Positions 11,826 through 24,458 of a stretch of 64,000 bases of DNA are shown here, in pieces (the first letter of the stretch is position 1; each line of letters opens with the position of its first letter). The position numbers were made by a program, and so were the translations under genes. The notes under the pieces were generated by a model that saw only the letters and a list, made by a program, of their open reading frames with translations, had not been told where the DNA came from and ran no database searches. The stretch covers positions 44,764,001 through 44,828,000 of the forward strand of contig NC_043000.1 of NCBI RefSeq assembly GCF_006345805.1, given 5' to 3'. The DNA is from Octopus sinensis (taxonomy: Eukaryota).

Positions 11826-13366
11826 TATTCTTGGGAAAACATATTTGTTGGTCACACCTAGTCGATCCGAGCTGATCTAGCGCTATGCAACAGCAACAAC
11901 GAAGAAATTATACATAGAAAAACTGACAATAATGGCAAAGGTCACCAAATCCTTAACGTGTAAAGCGTAATGCAGAAAATATAAAAAGAATAAAATAAAA
12001 GACAAATCCCACTCAAATACACGATAAAAAAAGGTATTCGACATTGTAGTACACAATGAGAGTGTTTGAATTAGTTTGGACCATTAATCCAGATAACTAT
12101 CAATACAAAGTACCAACACGGGAGCTTCTACATTGCTCTTCAACCGACTAGAAGTAGGTGATAAACTTTCCACTTCCCACTCACTATCTGTAGTTTTCAA
12201 TATAAGAAACGCCAATGAGATGATATACTGCTTTATAATTTTGCTCGATTAGAATTAACTTGAGGTTCATATTATACAACAATAACCAGTAAATAAAAGA
12301 AATTCCACTGCATGCGTGTGCTATTCCCTCCCATTTTCTTTATCTCTCAGCTAATATACTTTCTCCTAGATCTTGTTCAGTATACACACAAACAATGGCC
12401 AAAATGCAAATGTACGAAGTTCTGATTCGAACAGACTCTGCTATTTTTCATTTATAGCAGTCCGAGCGACTGTGTAAATATGTCAATCTACTGGCCACAT
12501 TGCGATTACCCGCTTTTCCTTGCTGTTTTATGATTTAAAACTGCCCAAGTAGAGCTATTTCAAATCACAAAACTTAGAATCTCTGTTGATTAACAGTTTT
12601 ACAACGCACTTGTAGCATCTTCGTGTGTTGAATAATTGATCGGATAGATAATAGTGGGGTATAAATATGCTAGAATTCATATAATCAGAAATGAATAGAA
12701 AGAAAATATATATCTTCAAAATATGACACATTTAATGCGGGGACCCTGCTTCCTGCTAACCGAAAGCTCAATAAATTTCAATATTGATGACAAATATCGG
12801 TTAGATGACATTAATGGTAATAGCTATACCGCATAAATTTTAACCCTTTAATTATTAAAGGAAATAATTAGGATGTCTTACTATAGCATTAGCTGGCAAA
12901 GAAAATGCCTGTTGCATCGACAAAAGTATATTTCTTCTATTGTTGTAAGGGGTTCTTCGTTGTCGAGCATGGTTCTTACGTCCCTTAAACCAAGAAGCCG
13001 TACAACTAGTGACTTTGATTAGCGTGGGAGGATACACACTTGTTATTCAATATCGTTGTCACAGTTGTATCGTACGATGAGAGAAGTTAAACATGTCGGA
13101 TTTCTCAAACTATTATCATTATTATTATTCAATATTTAGTAATTTCAGACGAATTTCTAATGCATCACCTTCTACACCTCTGTGTTGGTTGGGTGTGAGC
13201 AGGATTGTGTCTTCTCATTTTGTCGTTGAGGGAGTGCAAACCCTTTCCGGTATTGTATTGCGAGAGTTTCATTATGGGTCTGGTTGCAGTTTTTTTCTGG
13301 TATTCGTGTTTGTATTGTGTGTTGTGTATGCTGGCCGACTTATTATTATTTGCTATTATTATTATT

Positions 13367-14382
13367 CAGTAGTTTTATCTTTATAGCGTGCTTTCACTTC
13401 ACTACCGAGCGCAGCTCTGTGCGCCTTGGGTATGTGCTGTGTTTGTTGTGATGCTTTCTGATGGTTACTGTAGTGAGAGTGTTCAGCGTAGGATGTGTGC
13501 AGTGCCTAGTAGTGCAATTTTCTGTATGTTATATGTGTTTGTAAGTCCAGGTGTTTTTGTTATGTATTTGTCTGAATATTTTTTTTATCATGCCTAATGC
13601 GCCTACTATGATAGGAATTGTTTCTGTTTTTAGATTCCACATTCTGATTATCTCTATTTCCAGGTCTTTGTATTTTGAAATTTCTCCATTTCTTTTAGAG
13701 ACACGTTGTCATCTGCTGGTATTGATACATCAATTAGAAAGCATTTTTTTCTTCGTGATCTCTGACAACTATATCTGGTCTGTTGGCCTTAATTTCTCTA
13801 TCAGTGTGTATTGGAATATCCCAGAGTATGCTTGCTTTCTCGTTTTCTGTGACATTTTCTGGTGTGTGCCCATATAATCTTTTTTCTGTTGTTATTTCAT
13901 AATGTTGGCATAGCTTCCAATGTATGTAGGTCCCAACTCTGTCGTGTCTGTGAATATATTCCTTCTTAGCCAGGACTGGGCAGCCAGAGATAATATGATT
14001 TATTGTTTCTTGTCCATCTCCATATAGCCTGCAGTTACTTGTTATATTTCTTTTCATTACATGTTTTTTGGTAATTTCTGCTGGGGAGGCTTTGGTCTTG
14101 AGCTGCAATTAAAAATCCCTCTGTCTCTGCTATGAGTCCTGAGCTTCTCAACCATTGCTGGGATTTTTCTTTGTCTATTTCTTTTGCATTTAGTTTAGTC
14201 CAGTATTTGCCATGAAGGGGTTTTTCTTGCCATCGTTTTATCATGGTTCGTTGCTGTTCTAGTTTTAGTTTGGATTTCATTTGTTTAATGGATTTTGTTG
14301 TTTCTTCATCTTCTTCTTCTTCATATTTATTAGATGATATGATTTCTTGTTTGTATTTGTCAGCTTCCTTAAATATTGAGAA

Positions 14383-14384
<2 letters not shown>
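13367..14384 (-). mobile_element. R4/Dong-clade non-LTR retrotransposon, 5'-truncated (subfamily A)
   Basis: KPLHGKY, ETEGFLIAAQDQSL, CCHC-like CRLYG..ETINHIISGC, and RLE motif RPDIV. Highly similar to 45568-46575; both ends abut (TTA)n. Confidence 0.92.
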
Positions 14385-14426
<42 letters not shown>

Positions 14427-14486
14427 TATTATTAGTAGTAGTAGTAGTAGTAGTAGTAGTATTATTAGTAGTAGTAGTAGTAGTAT
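14385..14486. repeat. (TTA)n/(TAG)n microsatellite
   Basis: Directly visible. Confidence 0.95.
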
Positions 14487-16727
14487 TCAAGCTTTATTTT
14501 CATATGCCAAACTTGTTCGGTGATCTCTTAGCAGATGACTAGCCCAACTGGCAGCAGAACGGAAGAATACATAATGCTGTGAGCCATAGCGTGATGGTGC
14601 AGCTGAGAAAGGACCTAAATAAGGGGGACCAATTAGATAATTTTAGGCTTATAACTCTGCTAAATGCAGATCATATGATTTTGGCTAAGGCGTTAGACAA
14701 GAGGTTCACGCTTGTCGTCGGTAAATTGCAGACGTGCGCTATTCCGAACAGTTCTATCCACAACCTCTACCTCAAGCGCTACATCATAGACAGACTAGTG
14801 AAGGACCCTGGCATGGATGGGGTTCTGATCAGTTTGCATCAATCAAAAGCTTTTGACAGGGTCGACTATCAATACTTGGAAGCTGTCCTTGCAGTGGCCG
14901 GGTTCGATGCCGTTTTCAGAGATTGGATTGCTGCAATGCATAGTGGCATCTGTTCGGTGGTCAAAGTAAACGGACATCTTTCAGAATTGTTTAGCATCAC
15001 TCACTCGGTCCGTCAAGGATGCCCACTCTCTCCCCTTCTATATGTACTGGCTCTCGAAACATTGCTGAGGAAGTTGGATATTTCGTGAGGCTCCCGTGTG
15101 AGCTAGGATGCGGAAGGTCCGTGCCGGCTTATACGGACGACGTCACCGCCATAGTGTCGGATACCTCGGAAATCGAGGTGATCGGCTCTACTGTAAGAGA
15201 GTATGAAGCGGCGACAGGAGCAAAAATTAATCGGAACAACTTGGTGGGCCTGCATTTCGGGATCTGGAGAGGCCGATCAACCAACGGCGTGGTAGGGCGT
15301 TGGGGGAAGGACCAGTTAAATTTCTCGGAGTCTGGTTTGGTCCAGACCTCCAGGTGGACAAAGGCTGGAGGGAAGGTAATGGGCAGGGTAGCCAGTCTCA
15401 TCCAGAAATGGGCAGAGAGGAAATTGTCCCTGATAGGTTGGGCGGAGGTGGTGAATGCGCACATCTAATACCATCTGATCTTTGTCCCTTGCTCTGCTTC
15501 AAGGCTGGCTAAGCTTGAGCACCTGCTCTTTTGCTCCTCTGTGGAAAGGTCGTGTTCCACTCGTCGGACGGTACATCTGCTGTCAACTGCCATTGAGTGG
15601 AGGACTGCCTATGCCGTGGCTAATGATGCGCAGACACGCACTGAGGCTGCAGCATCCACAGCGCATTCTTAACAGTGAAGAGGTGTGGTGACCGTTTGTC
15701 ATGCAGGATTTTTCGCAGTTCGTCTCCTTGATGGAACTAGACCTGGATCAAGGGTAGACCAAGAAAGGGCATTTGGCACCTGGAGTGTCAGCAAGCGCTC
15801 ACAGCTTTCTGCCAGTCGGGCAACGCGGTCGGTAGAAGTTCCACCATGGAGTACTATAGTGGATTAGTGGCAGGAAAGAGAGACGACGTCCTCGGAGACT
15901 GCCTGGGCTTCGGGAGCAATCAATTAACTGGTCTTTTCAGGAGGACTTTTGGGCCGGGGCCTATGGATAACTTCCAGAAATCCTTGGACTGGCAGTACCA
16001 CCGGGGAGCGCTGCCGGTTCGAGAAAGCTCTACAGATATGGAAGTGCTGTGAAGTGGACCTGTCCGAGGGGTGCGCAGGGTAACGAAACCATCTTGCACT
16101 CACTTGTCCAGTGTCCGTGCATTACTGATTTGTGGAGCTTTGTCGAACACCTGTTATTACGTGTAAGACGGATCCAATTATCAACCGAGCCATCGTGAAG
16201 ATTGCCCCGTCGCCTTCCTTTGGACGGGAAGGAAAGGCAGTTTTCCTCTGTCTGGTGGCTATGGTGAAGGAGGTAGTGTGGTGGACGAGATTGAAAAGAC
16301 TGAAGACAGATACTTTCCTCTTCAGTCAAGCCCTCATGGGCTTTTTTCAAGTTCCACTTAAAAAGCAAAATGAAATTAGAGAGGGAAATTATCCCCGTCT
16401 ACCAGTAAATTTGTTGAAAGGTGGGTGCGTATGTCGACGATGGCCCTTGTTAATGGGCCTACTCTGAACTTTTGTTTGTAAATCGGAGGAGTTGAGAAGG
16501 AGAGTGGCACCTGCTGAGGTGCATCTGGCGGCCGGAATAACCAGAATGAGTGGGGTTCCTCGGTTGTTCCTATGAGGAACTTCTCTTTTTCGGAGACTTT
16601 TATTGTTTAATGGCATTGTTAATTGTTATTGTTATTTTATTGTTTAATCGCGTTAAACCCCACGAGGACCTAGTTTTGTATTGTCCATATTTATTTGTGT
16701 TCAGCCCTTGTCGCCAAGAAGGAAATT
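14487..16727 (+). mobile_element. L1/Tx1-clade LINE, 5'-truncated, decayed ORF2
   Basis: NFRLITLLNADHMILAKAL, QSKAFDRVD, VRQGCPLSPLLY, YTDDVT, KFLGVWF, and C-terminal CPRG..ETILHSLVQCP. Ends gcccttgtcgccaagaaggaaa followed by (TTC)n. Confidence 0.9.
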
Positions 16728-16885
16728 CTTCTTCTTCTTCTTCTTCTTCTTCTTCTTCTTCTTCTTCTTCTTCTTCTTCTTCTTCTTCTTCTTCTTCTTC
16801 TCTTCTTCTTCTTCTTCTTCTTCTTCTTCTCTCCTCCTCCTCCTCATTATTATTATTATTATTATTATAATTATTATTATCATCA

Positions 16886-16941
<56 letters not shown>

Positions 16942-16947
16942 TTTATT
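16727..16947. repeat. (TTC)n then (TTA)n microsatellite
   Basis: Directly visible. Confidence 0.95.
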
Positions 16948-17380
16948 CAGTAGTTATATTTTTATAGCGTGCTTTCACTTCACTACCGAGCGCAGCTCTG
17001 TGTGCCTTGGGTATGTGCTGTGATTTGTTGTGATGCTCTGATGGTTATTGTATGGAAAGTGTTCTGCGTAGGATGTGTGCAGTGCCTAGTAGTGCAATTT
17101 TCTGTATGTTATATGTGTTTGTAAGTCCTGGTGTTTTTGTTATGTATTTGTCTGAATATTTTTTTATCATGCCTAATGCACCTACTATGATAGGAATTGT
17201 TTCTGTTTTCAGATTCCACATTCTAGTTACCTCTATTTCCAGGTCTTTGTATTTTGAGAGTTTCTCCATTTCTTTTAAAGGCACGTTGTCATCTGCTGGT
17301 ATTGATACATCAATTAGAAAGCATTTTTTTACTTCATGATCTCTGACAACTATATCTGGTCTGTTGGCCTTAATTTCTCT
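16948..17380 (-). mobile_element. R4/Dong 3' fragment (subfamily A), RLE domain and 3' UTR
   Basis: RPDIVVRD..CFLIDVSIP..KEMEKLSKYKDL..LGTAHILRRTL. Same 3' junction ttattcagtagtt as 13367 and 45568. Confidence 0.92.
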
Positions 17381-17381
17381 G

Positions 17382-17423
<42 letters not shown>

Positions 17424-17430
17424 GTTCTTC

Positions 17431-17489
<59 letters not shown>

Positions 17490-17507
17490 ATTATTATTAT
17501 TATTATT

Positions 17508-18735
17508 CCATGTTTGACTTTTGCTTTACACTTGCATAAGCTGGCTCCAAGTCTCACCTAGAGACCTCAAGAGACAACAGGTTGGAAGTTCGTGTTAGTG
17601 GTATGCCTAGGGTGCTATATATTTGGTTTTGTATTTAGTGTTGTACTAGTGAATGCCTAAAAAACCATACGAAAATTATGTTTGTCTTAAAACTTGAGAT
17701 TACATAGCAAGTATTTTGCGTAGGATATGAGCAGTTCCCATGAGCACTATCTTTTGAATTTCTGCCATTTTGGGGTTTCCTGGTATCTGAGTAAGGGAGC
17801 AATCAGCCCCTTTTGCTATCATTCCCAGGGCACCTATGACAACAGGTACTGTTTTAGTCTTCAGGTTCCACATTTTGCTGATTTCTGTTTCCAGATCTTT
17901 ATATTTGCTCAGTTTCTGGTAGCTCTTGACAGATACGTTTACATCGATTGGGACAGTCATATCAATGAGGAGGCATGTTTTTTGTCTGATGTCTTTTACT
18001 ATTCTGGCCTATTCGCGTCTATCTTTCTGTCAGTTTGAATGGTGAAGTTCCAGAGGAGTGAGATGTAGTCATTTTCAAGCACTGGAGGTGGTTTGTGTCC
18101 CCACCAGTTTTTATCATGGGGCAAGTCCAAGCTTTCGCAAATAACCCAGTGAATATATTGTGCAACTCTATCATGCCTGTTGAGATACTCTGTAGGCGCA
18201 AGAAGGCTGCACTTGGAGACAATATGATCAATGGTTTCATTTTGTTGTTGACATACACGACATGTTGGGCTACTGGTGTTCTTTAATACGTTGGCCTGGT
18301 AGTTCCTTGTAGGCAGGCATTGATCTTGAGCTGCTATGATAAACCCTTCTGTTTCAGATTTTAAGCCAGAGGCTATTAGCCATTGATGGGTCAGAGCTTT
18401 GGCAACATCTGCATTATTCGCTCTCTTTGGGTATTTGCCATTGAGAGGTTTTTCTTGCCATTTATTATTCAGAATATATAAGGCCGCAGTTTTGGCACGG
18501 GTTTTCATGCGCCTAGCTTTTTCTGTGCTTTTTTCGTGTATGTCTAATTCCGAAATTTGTTGTATCCGGGATTCACTTAGATATTCCTTTGCCTGTTTTG
18601 ATACTGAGTATGATGCTTTCTTATTTTCACGTTTTAACATCCAGTCCTCAGAGACACGTTTTAACATCCAGTCCTCAGAGTTTTTCAGGTAGGTGTCTAG
18701 GCCATTGTAGCAATCTTCATTGTTTTTGCCAGTTC
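17508..18735 (-). mobile_element. R4/Dong 5'-truncated copy (subfamily B)
   Basis: ORF 17999-18667 (ETEGFIIAAQDQCL, CRVC..ETIDHIVSKC, DANRP) and ORF 17700-17960 (KLSKYKDL..MGTAHILRK). Its 3' UTR differs from subfamily A. Confidence 0.92.
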
Positions 18736-18761
18736 TAAAACTCCACGGCCTCCCTCTTTTC

Positions 18762-18783
18762 TTCTTCTTCTTATTATTTTCTT

Positions 18784-18814
<31 letters not shown>

Positions 18815-18981
18815 TTATTATTATTATTATTATTATTATTTTTTTTTTTTCTTCTTTCAAATTTGCTTCCATTTCTTGCCGAGTGTCTTCCCGACTCCTA
18901 GGGCAAAGAAACACATAGTATACATTGGTAGGCCATTAAACCAAACTCAATTATTATTATTATTATTATTTATTATTATTA

Positions 18982-19037
<56 letters not shown>

Positions 19038-19089
19038 TATTATTATTATTATTATTATTATATTATTATTATTATCATTGTTATTATTA

Positions 19090-19124
<35 letters not shown>

Positions 19125-19150
19125 GTTGTTGTTGTTGTTGTAATTATTAT
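18762..19150. repeat. (TTC)n/(TTA)n/(TTG)n microsatellites with a ~95-bp unique insert (18857-18950)
   Basis: Directly visible. The insert may be another very short LINE 3' end (inference). Confidence 0.85.
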
Positions 19151-19159
19151 ATACGTGAA

Positions 19160-19325
19160 ATAGAACGCGGCATTACGTCCGCCTTTATTCTCTTAGTTCA
19201 GATTCCGAGGTCGACTTTAATGTTTTCTGGATCCATGAAACAACTACCAGTTGAGCACTGGGGTCAATTTAATCGACTAACTTCTCCTCTATATTTCAGG
19301 CGTTATGCCTATAACAGAAAGACTT
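19160..19325 (+). mobile_element. Decayed SINE family 2 fragment
   Basis: agttcagattccgaggtcgacttt...taccagttgagcactggggtc matches 11470-11560. Confidence 0.65.
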
Positions 19326-19684
19326 ATATTATTAATTCTAATAATAATATTGTTGTTGTTGTTGATGGTGATGTTATTGATATTGTTACAGAAATATTTA
19401 AAGCGCATAAGCGTGTGGGTGTGTACATGTGTTTATGATTTGAATGACTGGTAATTAGCTGAAGAATGAATTGACAGTCTTTTAGAAAACCAAGATATTG
19501 ATTGTCAAGCGTCCTCTATCATTCAGGCTGGATCTCGTTTACCTTTAAATTTTACGGCTCGATATAGATCGTAACATTTGAAGATTATATCTTAACATGA
19601 ATGAGAAGTTTATCCAAACAGAAAAAGACACGAGTCTTAATTGAGCTACTTCATTATATATCGGGCAATAAAATTATACATGTA

Positions 19685-19709
19685 AATATACATACATATA
19701 TATATATAC

Positions 19710-19768
<59 letters not shown>

Positions 19769-19775
19769 TATATGT

Positions 19776-19858
<83 letters not shown>

Positions 19859-20127
19859 ATACACACACACACATGCACTCACACATATATATAGACAAAT
19901 TGCTAGAAAGCTATTTAGATAGAGAGATACATATATTTTAGATATTATATATACATACATGCATATATATATATATGTATATAAACGCACACATACACAT
20001 ATATATATATATATATATAAACACACACACATATATATAAACACATATATGCATATATATATGTGTATATATACATATATATACATATACATATCTATAT
20101 CTATATATATATATATACATATCTATA

Positions 20128-20179
<52 letters not shown>

Positions 20180-20215
20180 TTACTCACATACATATGTCGC
20201 TGACTCACACACATG
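19685..20215. repeat. Long (TA)n/(CA)n microsatellite
   Basis: Directly visible. Confidence 0.95.
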
Positions 20216-20511
20216 ACTAAATTTCCTAAATTCACGGGTTCACACGAAGGCATAAAGTTTTATACAAAATAAACGCATACGCAAATATGTTTATTTTATA
20301 TTTATTTTTTGACAAATGGAACATAAACAAGATTTTATATGAATCACTATTATTCCAATACGTAAAGAATATTGCATTCCCAGGAGCTTGAGAAAATACT
20401 TGGAATTCACAGGTTGCCGATACTATTATTAAGAATAAGAAATAATCTTGTAAATTTCGACAATATTATACCTGCTGTAACAGCTCATCGATTCTTAGAA
20501 TTAAATTCTGT

Positions 20512-20512
20512 T

Positions 20513-20547
<35 letters not shown>

Positions 20548-20679
20548 GCTGATGCTGCTGCTGCTGCTGCTGTTGCTGCTGCTACTGTTGCTGCTGTTAC
20601 TACTATTACTACTACTGCTGCTAATACTACTACTACTACTACTACTAATAATAATAATAATAATAATAATAATATTAAT

Positions 20680-20717
<38 letters not shown>

Positions 20718-20760
20718 CAACAACAACAACAACAGCAACAATAATATTATTGATAATAAT
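20512..20760. repeat. Compound trinucleotide microsatellite (CTA/CTG/TAA/CAA)
   Basis: Directly visible. Confidence 0.95.
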
Positions 20761-22072
20761 ACTTCCTTTATTGGCCACCAGGGCCAAACGCAAAACAGAG
20801 AGAACGAGACACAGATGAGAGACAATGTGATTAAACGCGTAAACTGAGCAAACACAGCGTTTAACTAAGAGATTAAATCAATAATTTGCTTCCCCAATAG
20901 GGGAGAATTCTACAGTAATCTGACCAAAGAGACCTCACACCCTTAACATCGCTTAGCATCAACGACTCCTCAGGAAGCTATCCTCTCTTCTCCCTTCCAT
21001 CAATCCTATAGGCGCCCACTTAAACTAGGGCCACTTCCGCGGGCCGTTCTTGCAACATTCACATATCTTTCAACGAACATACTGGGTGACAGTACCTCTT
21101 TCTTCAACCTCACGTTCCTTTTTAGTTGGAACCAGGAAAAGTCCCATCTTCAATCCCTTTCAATCGCATCAACCACAACCTCTCTCCCCATAGCCATCAG
21201 ACAGAACAAAATTGCCCTCCCTCTCGGCCAAAGGAAGGAAGCGGGAAATCCTCACAATGGACTCGGTCGATATCTGGATCCGTCCTACACGTGACAATAA
21301 CAAAGCTCTACAAGTCAGCAATTCGCGGTCACTGTACGAGAGCATGCACAATGGTTTCATCAATCCGCGTGCAGCTCGGACAGGCCCGACTGACTGCACG
21401 CCCGCGCCTGTAGAGCGAATCTCGAACCGGCAACTCACTCCGGAAGCACTGCTAGGCCAGGGATTTCTGGCAGTTATCCATAGTTCTCCAACCGAAAGTC
21501 CTCCGGAAGAGACCAGATCGGTTGATCCACCTCAACTCCCAGGATCTCTCCGAGTATGGCGTCGCTCTTGCCTTACACTAATCCCATAGAGAACTCCATA
21601 GTGGAACTTCCACCGACCGCATTACCCGTCAAGCGCCCTGCCTCGGTCTACCCCTGAATCAGGACTGTAGCCCCGTCAAGGAGACGAGCTGCGGAAAAGC
21701 ACGTTCAACAAACGGTGACTACACATGTTCACCGTGAAGGTATCACTGGTGATGTCGCAGCCTCAGTGCATGTCTGCGCATCCTCAGGCACGAAATGCCC
21801 AGTCCTCCATGCAACGGATGCTGACAGCAAATAGACCATCTGACAAGCAGGACCAGTCACTTCCACAGAAAGCGGAATAGCAAGTGCACCAGCCCGTTCA
21901 GCCACGAAGCAAAAGACGACAGTCATTCGCCACCTCCACCCGACCATTCAGAGACAGCCACCTTTCTGCCCATTTCTGGATGAAACTGGCCACCCTGTCT
22001 GTCACCTAGCCCCAGTTCTTGTCCACTTTGATTTCCGAGATGTCCATCACTAACACGATGATGTCGTCCGCT
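20761..22072 (-). mobile_element. L1/Tx1-clade LINE 3' portion, related to 14487-16727
   Basis: Reverse complement aligns by eye with ~15150-16720 (ccagtttcatccagaaaatgggcaga, ggtcggtggaagttccactatggagt, gataactgccagaaatccctggcct). The 3' end reads gccctggtggccAATAAAggaag. Confidence 0.85.
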
Positions 22073-22074
22073 AG

Positions 22075-23880
22075 CCAGGAAGGAAGGACAGGAAAAAGAG
22101 AGTGTAACTTACCCTCTTGATGCTGTTTGTGATCGAGTGGTTCTCACACCCTGTCTGTTTTGTTGGGTTCCTCTAGGAATCCCCTTAAAAGCCGTTCCAC
22201 TTAATGCTCGTATAAGTTCCGAATTTTATTCGCACCATCATCAGGTACTCTAAAAGTTTTGGGGCTGCAGATCACCCCCTCTGTTTCAATGTTCTAATTT
22301 GTACTAGGAGAACGATCATCTTCTTATTGACCCTCCTCACATGCAGGAAATTCCCATGTTGCGCAGATCATTGTTGCTGTTGTTTTTAAAGCTTTTTGTA
22401 TTTTTGATTCTGTTGTTTGTGCTCGTGATGTTGTTGTCATCAGAGTGTCTGTGTTTTCAGTTTCTTTCATTTATCTCCCTATTTTCTCTGTTTCATTCTT
22501 GGTTCTTCTGCCTTTTGGGCATCCCGCTCATCATCACTTGGATGCGTGGACGAGTCCGTGTTTTGTATGTTTTCTTCTGGTATTGCTTGTCCTAGTTATC
22601 TTGTAGTAGTTGTTGTTGTTGCTCCTGCTAGTGTAGCTTCCACCACTGCTAGTGTAGCTTCCACCACTGGTGCTACTTCCACTGTCACATTCACTGTAAC
22701 ACCTGCCTGTTTTGTCTCCTTGGGTTTATTTTCTGTTTCTGTCCCCTTGCCTTTCTGTTTTTGTTATTGTGGTGCCTTCGTTTAGAGACTTCTATCTGCA
22801 CTTTTGTTCTGGTTCTGTGGGCAGAAAATCCGTAAGTTGAACCACAATCATGGAATCTCGGCCTTTTTCCCCTCCATGTTCACCCTTATTTGTACTCCAT
22901 CGGGAGGGAAATTAGGTCTAGAACTTTCTCTAACCGCTCTGCTTTCACGTGGAGAACTTCGAAGGTAGTCCCAACCCAATTCTCCCTCCTCGATATTTTA
23001 ACATCCAAGAGAATTTCTCCCCATTCGTACAAATATAGGCGAGTATTCACCATAAATTCAAGCCTGGTGGGACTCCATGTACCGTAATTCGTACTGCCCT
23101 TTTCCCCATTTATGTTGGGAAGAGGGCAATTTCCTCTGTGCGAAGCGTTGTCACCGAGCTCTGTATCGCCTTTCCCTCGGTCTTAAAATGTACTTCTCCT
23201 CTACCGTACTGCCTCGCTCTCGCAATGTGGTGGATATTTTGCCATATGTCTTTCCAGGCTTTTTCCACCTAGTCGCGTTTAGCGTTTTCGATTTTCCTTG
23301 TCTTTGTGTTCACACACCTTTAAAATACTGGGGTTTGGCTGTTCCTTCAAGCACGTCGCTTGAAGACGTCAGTTCTTCCCTCCTTCCATTCATTTTCATT
23401 TATTTTGCTGCCTTGTTTAGTTTCTCTGTTTTTCCCCCAATGAGAAGTTAACCAATTCCTTAGCTGCCACGATATTTGCAAAAGTCTCTTTTCCGCCGCT
23501 TACTCCATTTTTATCAGATTCTTCGTAATTGTTGTCAATGTTGTTTTCGAGCTACTAAAATTCCCATGTAATGAGGAAGACTTTACTTTTTCCTCCCTGA
23601 CGCCTTTTTTCTTCATTTAATCCACTTTGTTCTTCTTCGTCTTCTTTTTATTTTCTTTCTGCTGTCTACTGCCAATTATGTTGGGGACGCCGAGGAAATT
23701 TTCGTGCAAATTGCCGTACCACCTTCATTCCCCACTCCCGCTTTTCGGTGTCATCTTCAATGTTAACTTTCTTCGAAGCAAATTATAGAAGAAATTTCAA
23801 AACAGTAAAGTTTGTATCACCACCAAAATGGGGCTTTGGTTAATAAATGTCAGCCCCCAGAAGGGCAGCTGGCTTGCAAA
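22075..23880 (-). mobile_element. Probable L1/Tx1 ORF1 and 5' remnant
   Basis: Minus strand is purine-rich and coding-like. IRVNMEGK.PRFHDCGS (~22835-22890, frameshifted) resembles a degenerate ORF1 zinc knuckle, followed by a low-complexity T/A/V linker. Collinear with the ORF2 fragment. Confidence 0.5.
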
Positions 23881-23944
23881 TGAATTTAACCAACAAAATT
23901 CAGTATAGTACATTTTAAAGCAAGTGAATTTGTCATAATTTTAC

Positions 23945-24407
23945 TCCATTCCAAAAACCCACCACTTAAACCGGGGGCGTTTAACATGGGAGAACGATAA
24001 AACTTCACTCCGAAATATATCCAAAACATCGGAATAAAGACAGCAAATTGAGTCAAAAAACACTGATAAAGTGTTGGACTATATCCGAGTAAGTAATACT
24101 CATTAAAATTTATTTCTATTTTCCGCATGAAATTATGTATTTTGATTGTGTATCATCTTCGTCACTTGCACAACACTTGTAATCGCGTTCATCACACTGA
24201 CAAAGTGTTGGACTATATTCAAGTAACTAATACTAAATAAAAGTGTTGCAGGAGTGGCTGTGTGGTAAGTAGCTTGCTAACCAACTACATGGTTCCGGGT
24301 TCAGTCCCACTGCGTGGCATCTTGGGCAAGTGTCTTCTGCTATAGCCCCGGGCGGACCAATGCCTTGTGAGTGGATTTGGTAGACGGAAACTGAAAGAAG
24401 CCTGTCG

Positions 24408-24458
<51 letters not shown>

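Noticed and set aside
18628-18681. 27-bp in-frame duplication (SEDWMLKR x2) in R4 subfamily B
   Set aside because: A local duplication in a truncated copy with no functional implication.
19601-20855. Many [12 protein letters not shown], poly-I and poly-L ORFs here and throughout the window
   Set aside because: They are translations of microsatellites.
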